A stretch of DNA of 53,638 bases, the filler included, from Porpidia crustulata (Eukaryota), in NCBI GenBank assembly GCA_964255105.1. It is 3 parts of 3 records of this genome, joined end to end, with 100 filler letters (N's around TTAATTAATTAA, not from the genome) between each part and the next. Parts side by side here need not be neighbours in the genome. Positions count along the whole stretch, not along the records: positions 35,893 to 53,638 come from CAXUWE010000206.1; 2 more parts are not named here. One strand, given 5' to 3'. The notes under the pieces were generated by a model. It did not search any database. It had not been told where the DNA came from and saw nothing but the letters and a program-made list of their open reading frames with translations. Below, piece by piece: positions 51,156 to 53,638 of the stretch; the stretch's first letter is position 1; each line of letters opens with the position of its first letter. The translations under genes and the position numbers were made by a program.

Positions 51156-53263
51156 ATGCCGAAAAAAGAGGTCCTCGAGGCTACGGCAAAGAAAGACCGC
51201 CTTACACTTTCACAGCTCGCTGGGTACGATGACATTCTGACAGATGCGCTCGTGGACCACGTATATTTTACTCATTCGGCCGTATATAGTCTCCTTGCTA
51301 ACTTGAATTGCAGGTCTACTTCTGGACGGTGATCCGAAAGAACAGATCTAAGTACAATTCGGTTCGAGGGCTAGCTGAAGATGACATCACAGCAATCCTA
51401 TTGCAAAATGTTGTGGTGGGCAGAGATGCGCAAAGGGCCGAGGACGCGCTGCTCAAGCTCCCAGGGCTTCGAAAATTCCACGAGAACCTTAAGACCGATC
51501 GAGAGAAAGAAGATTTCAGGCGTCATATGCGCAAGTATATTAACATCTGGCTCCCTGATTGTCCCTTTGAAGTCACTACAACCAACCGGTACACGATATT
51601 GACTCACGAGGCTGCTGCAACAGCACGGCGTTTGATCAAGAAAGGTGACGCTATCAAATTTCTATGCGGGAATCTCGTCTCCATGACTCCGGAAGAGGAA
51701 CAGGACTTGGACCTCACCAGACGTGACTTTAGCATCGTCATGTCGAGTCGCAAGAAAACGCCGTCTTTGTTCCTTGGTCCAGCACGCTTTGCCAATCACG
51801 ATTGCAACGCCAATGCTCGACTCGTAACTCGGGGATCTGAAGGCATGCAAGTGGTTGCTGTCAAAGACATACAGGTTGATGAGGAAATTACAGTCACATA
51901 TGGGGATAATTATTTTGGAGAAGGGAACTGCGAGTGCCTTTGCTCGACTTGTGAGCGAGAGGGCCGCAATGGATGGCAGGCACATGACAAGAGTATGCAG
52001 TCGAGTGGTATCTCCACACCCCTTGGCGAACCGGATAATCAAACACCAGGGCCATACTCCTTCCGCCGGTCCAGGAGATCTGGACAACCCCCAGTCTTCA
52101 GTCCGTCTTCGATGACTCCCGAGACTGATGAGGGTAATCCCAAAAAGACGAGGAAACTTTGGCAGGAAAAATCCAATTCAATCCTTATTACCTATGTCAC
52201 CGAAAGTCGGTCACCGGCTCCATCTCCGGTCGTCGAAAAGTATGGCTCGACTTTACGACATGTAGTCTCGGCTACTGGCGACAGTATTCAAATCCCGGGC
52301 TCAACTTCGACAAAGAAAGAGGATCAGGATGAGGATGAATTACTCGCCGGATTAAGAAACGCCTTCTCTAGTGCAAAGGATCTTGTGAGTCAGATAAAAC
52401 AGGCACGAGGCCAAGACCAGCACCGAGGTGCGAAGAAGATCGAGGGACAACTACCACGATGGCCTGAGATCACGGAACGTGGGGCAAGCATTACATTGGG
52501 TACTGGGAAGCCGCCTCAAATCATAGACTCGAAACTCCCCAGCCCCACCACTCCTCGCCATGTTTGCCGTATCTCACCATTTAAAACTGGCGTGCGACAA
52601 CTACCCACCCCCAACTCGTCCTCCGAAGCCGGTTCGATCTTTGATGATATCCCGAAACTAAGCGTAACTCCTTCTACCACTCCGAGCGCCAGCCTTGAAC
52701 CTCTTTCAGACAGCGAACTCTCTTCCCTTCCATCAACCGCCAACCTCGACAGTACCACGCTGAGTATCACCTCGAAATCCCGAAAACGCAAACGCGGGCC
52801 GCACAAACCCCATCTTATTCCCACCGTCGAGATCAATAGCCCCGAAGATCGCTACCCCGGCGATTACATCCGCACACCCCTCTTGCTCGGCGAAACCTAC
52901 TCGCGGTGGGTCGAATGCGGCACCTGCCCGGCCTGCTGGGTGCAGCAGAACGGGTACCTGACGCGAAAAGAATGCCCGCGGTGCGAGCGCCACAGCAAGC
53001 TGTACGGCTACCAGTGGCCGAAGACGGACAAATCGGGCAAAGGCGATGACGAGGAGAGGGTGATGGATCACCGGACCGTGCATCGCTTCCTGAAGCGAGA
53101 CGAGGAGGCCAAGCAGAAGAAGAGGGGCAGGGGCATCCTGAAGGCGCAGGATCTGGTCCGATCGAGGACGGAGAGCCAAAGTGTAGCCGACGAGGTCGAG
53201 AGCCAGAGGCCCGGGTCCCGGCGGAGGGGAAGGCCGAGGAGGGCCGAGGTGGCGCACGTGTAA
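51156..53263 (+). CDS. SET9: Histone H4K20 methyltransferase Set9 (KMT5)
   Basis: LTLSQLAGYDDILTDALVDH|VYFWT, DCPFEVTTTNRY, RRDFSIVMSSRK, LGPARFANHDC, EEITVTYG..YFG..NCECLC, C-terminal CPRCERHSKLYGYQWPKT; intron 51261-51313. Confidence 0.95.
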
Positions 53264-53638
53264 GATATACGAAGACGGCGATTTGGAATTCCGTCGGGAT
53301 GGTCGTGGGGCTCTCCAGCGGTGGCATACATCTAGCATTGGTCATCACAGGGGAAATCGCGAATAGTGTGTAACATATAAACCGGCGTCGAGACCGCGCG
53401 TTTGGAAATTGGAGTATCGGAGGATACTTGGTTAGATATACCCCACAGGAAGCTTTGCCCCAAGCGCTTGCACGAATTGGACAATCGTAAAAGGAATTGA
53501 GAGTGAAATTGCAATGAGGAAGTGGACGCATTCCTATTCGCTGCCCCATGGCAATCCCAGCGATCCCCCGTCCGCTCCTCCGCATCAACCATCCTCCGCC
53601 TCCGCCTCCACCTCCCCCTCCTTGCCACCACGGAAATC

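Noticed and set aside
52733..53588. Long antisense ORFs (201 and 251 aa) over SET9, and similar ones over DPP5, MSP1 and the 4-TM gene
   Set aside because: Shadow ORFs of GC-rich coding sequence; no recognisable motifs.
53585..53638. Possible 3' end of a minus-strand gene (..DFRGGKEGEVEAEAEDG*)
   Set aside because: Too short and the frame is ambiguous at the window edge.

Overview
Intron-rich, gene-dense nuclear DNA of a filamentous ascomycete (Pezizomycotina; a lichen-forming Lecanoromycete is a guess from sequence style only). I can support 23 protein-coding genes. Most are housekeeping: PAC3, DHR1, CDC123, CWC21, GPI13, CIC1/UTP30, L-2-hydroxyglutarate dehydrogenase, ARH1, Hsp88/SSE1, POM33, MSP1, Csm1/Pcs1, SRP102, LTA4H/LAP2, ESS1, RPB9, MRPL38 and SET9. 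The rest are a secreted bicupin oxalate decarboxylase, a PTH11-like receptor, an S9 dipeptidyl-peptidase-5-like enzyme and two uncharacterised proteins. Two 100-nt N gaps each carry an artificial TTAATTAATTAA linker, so adjacency across them is unproven. I saw no rRNA, tRNA, CRISPR array or recognisable transposon, and no clear multi-gene novel system. The best leads are hidden in introns and between genes. (1) The long second intron of RPB9 is open in frame and encodes an alternative Cys4 plus acidic C-terminus. (2) A 153-nt stop-free, in-frame intron lies in the Hsp110 acidic loop. (3) An orphan protein joins a PAM2-like motif to an F-box-like motif. (4) Decayed gene relics, including an SGNH hydrolase pseudogene, lie at 29.2-30.4 kb. 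All exon structures were read by eye from GT/AG and branch-point motifs, not from transcripts.
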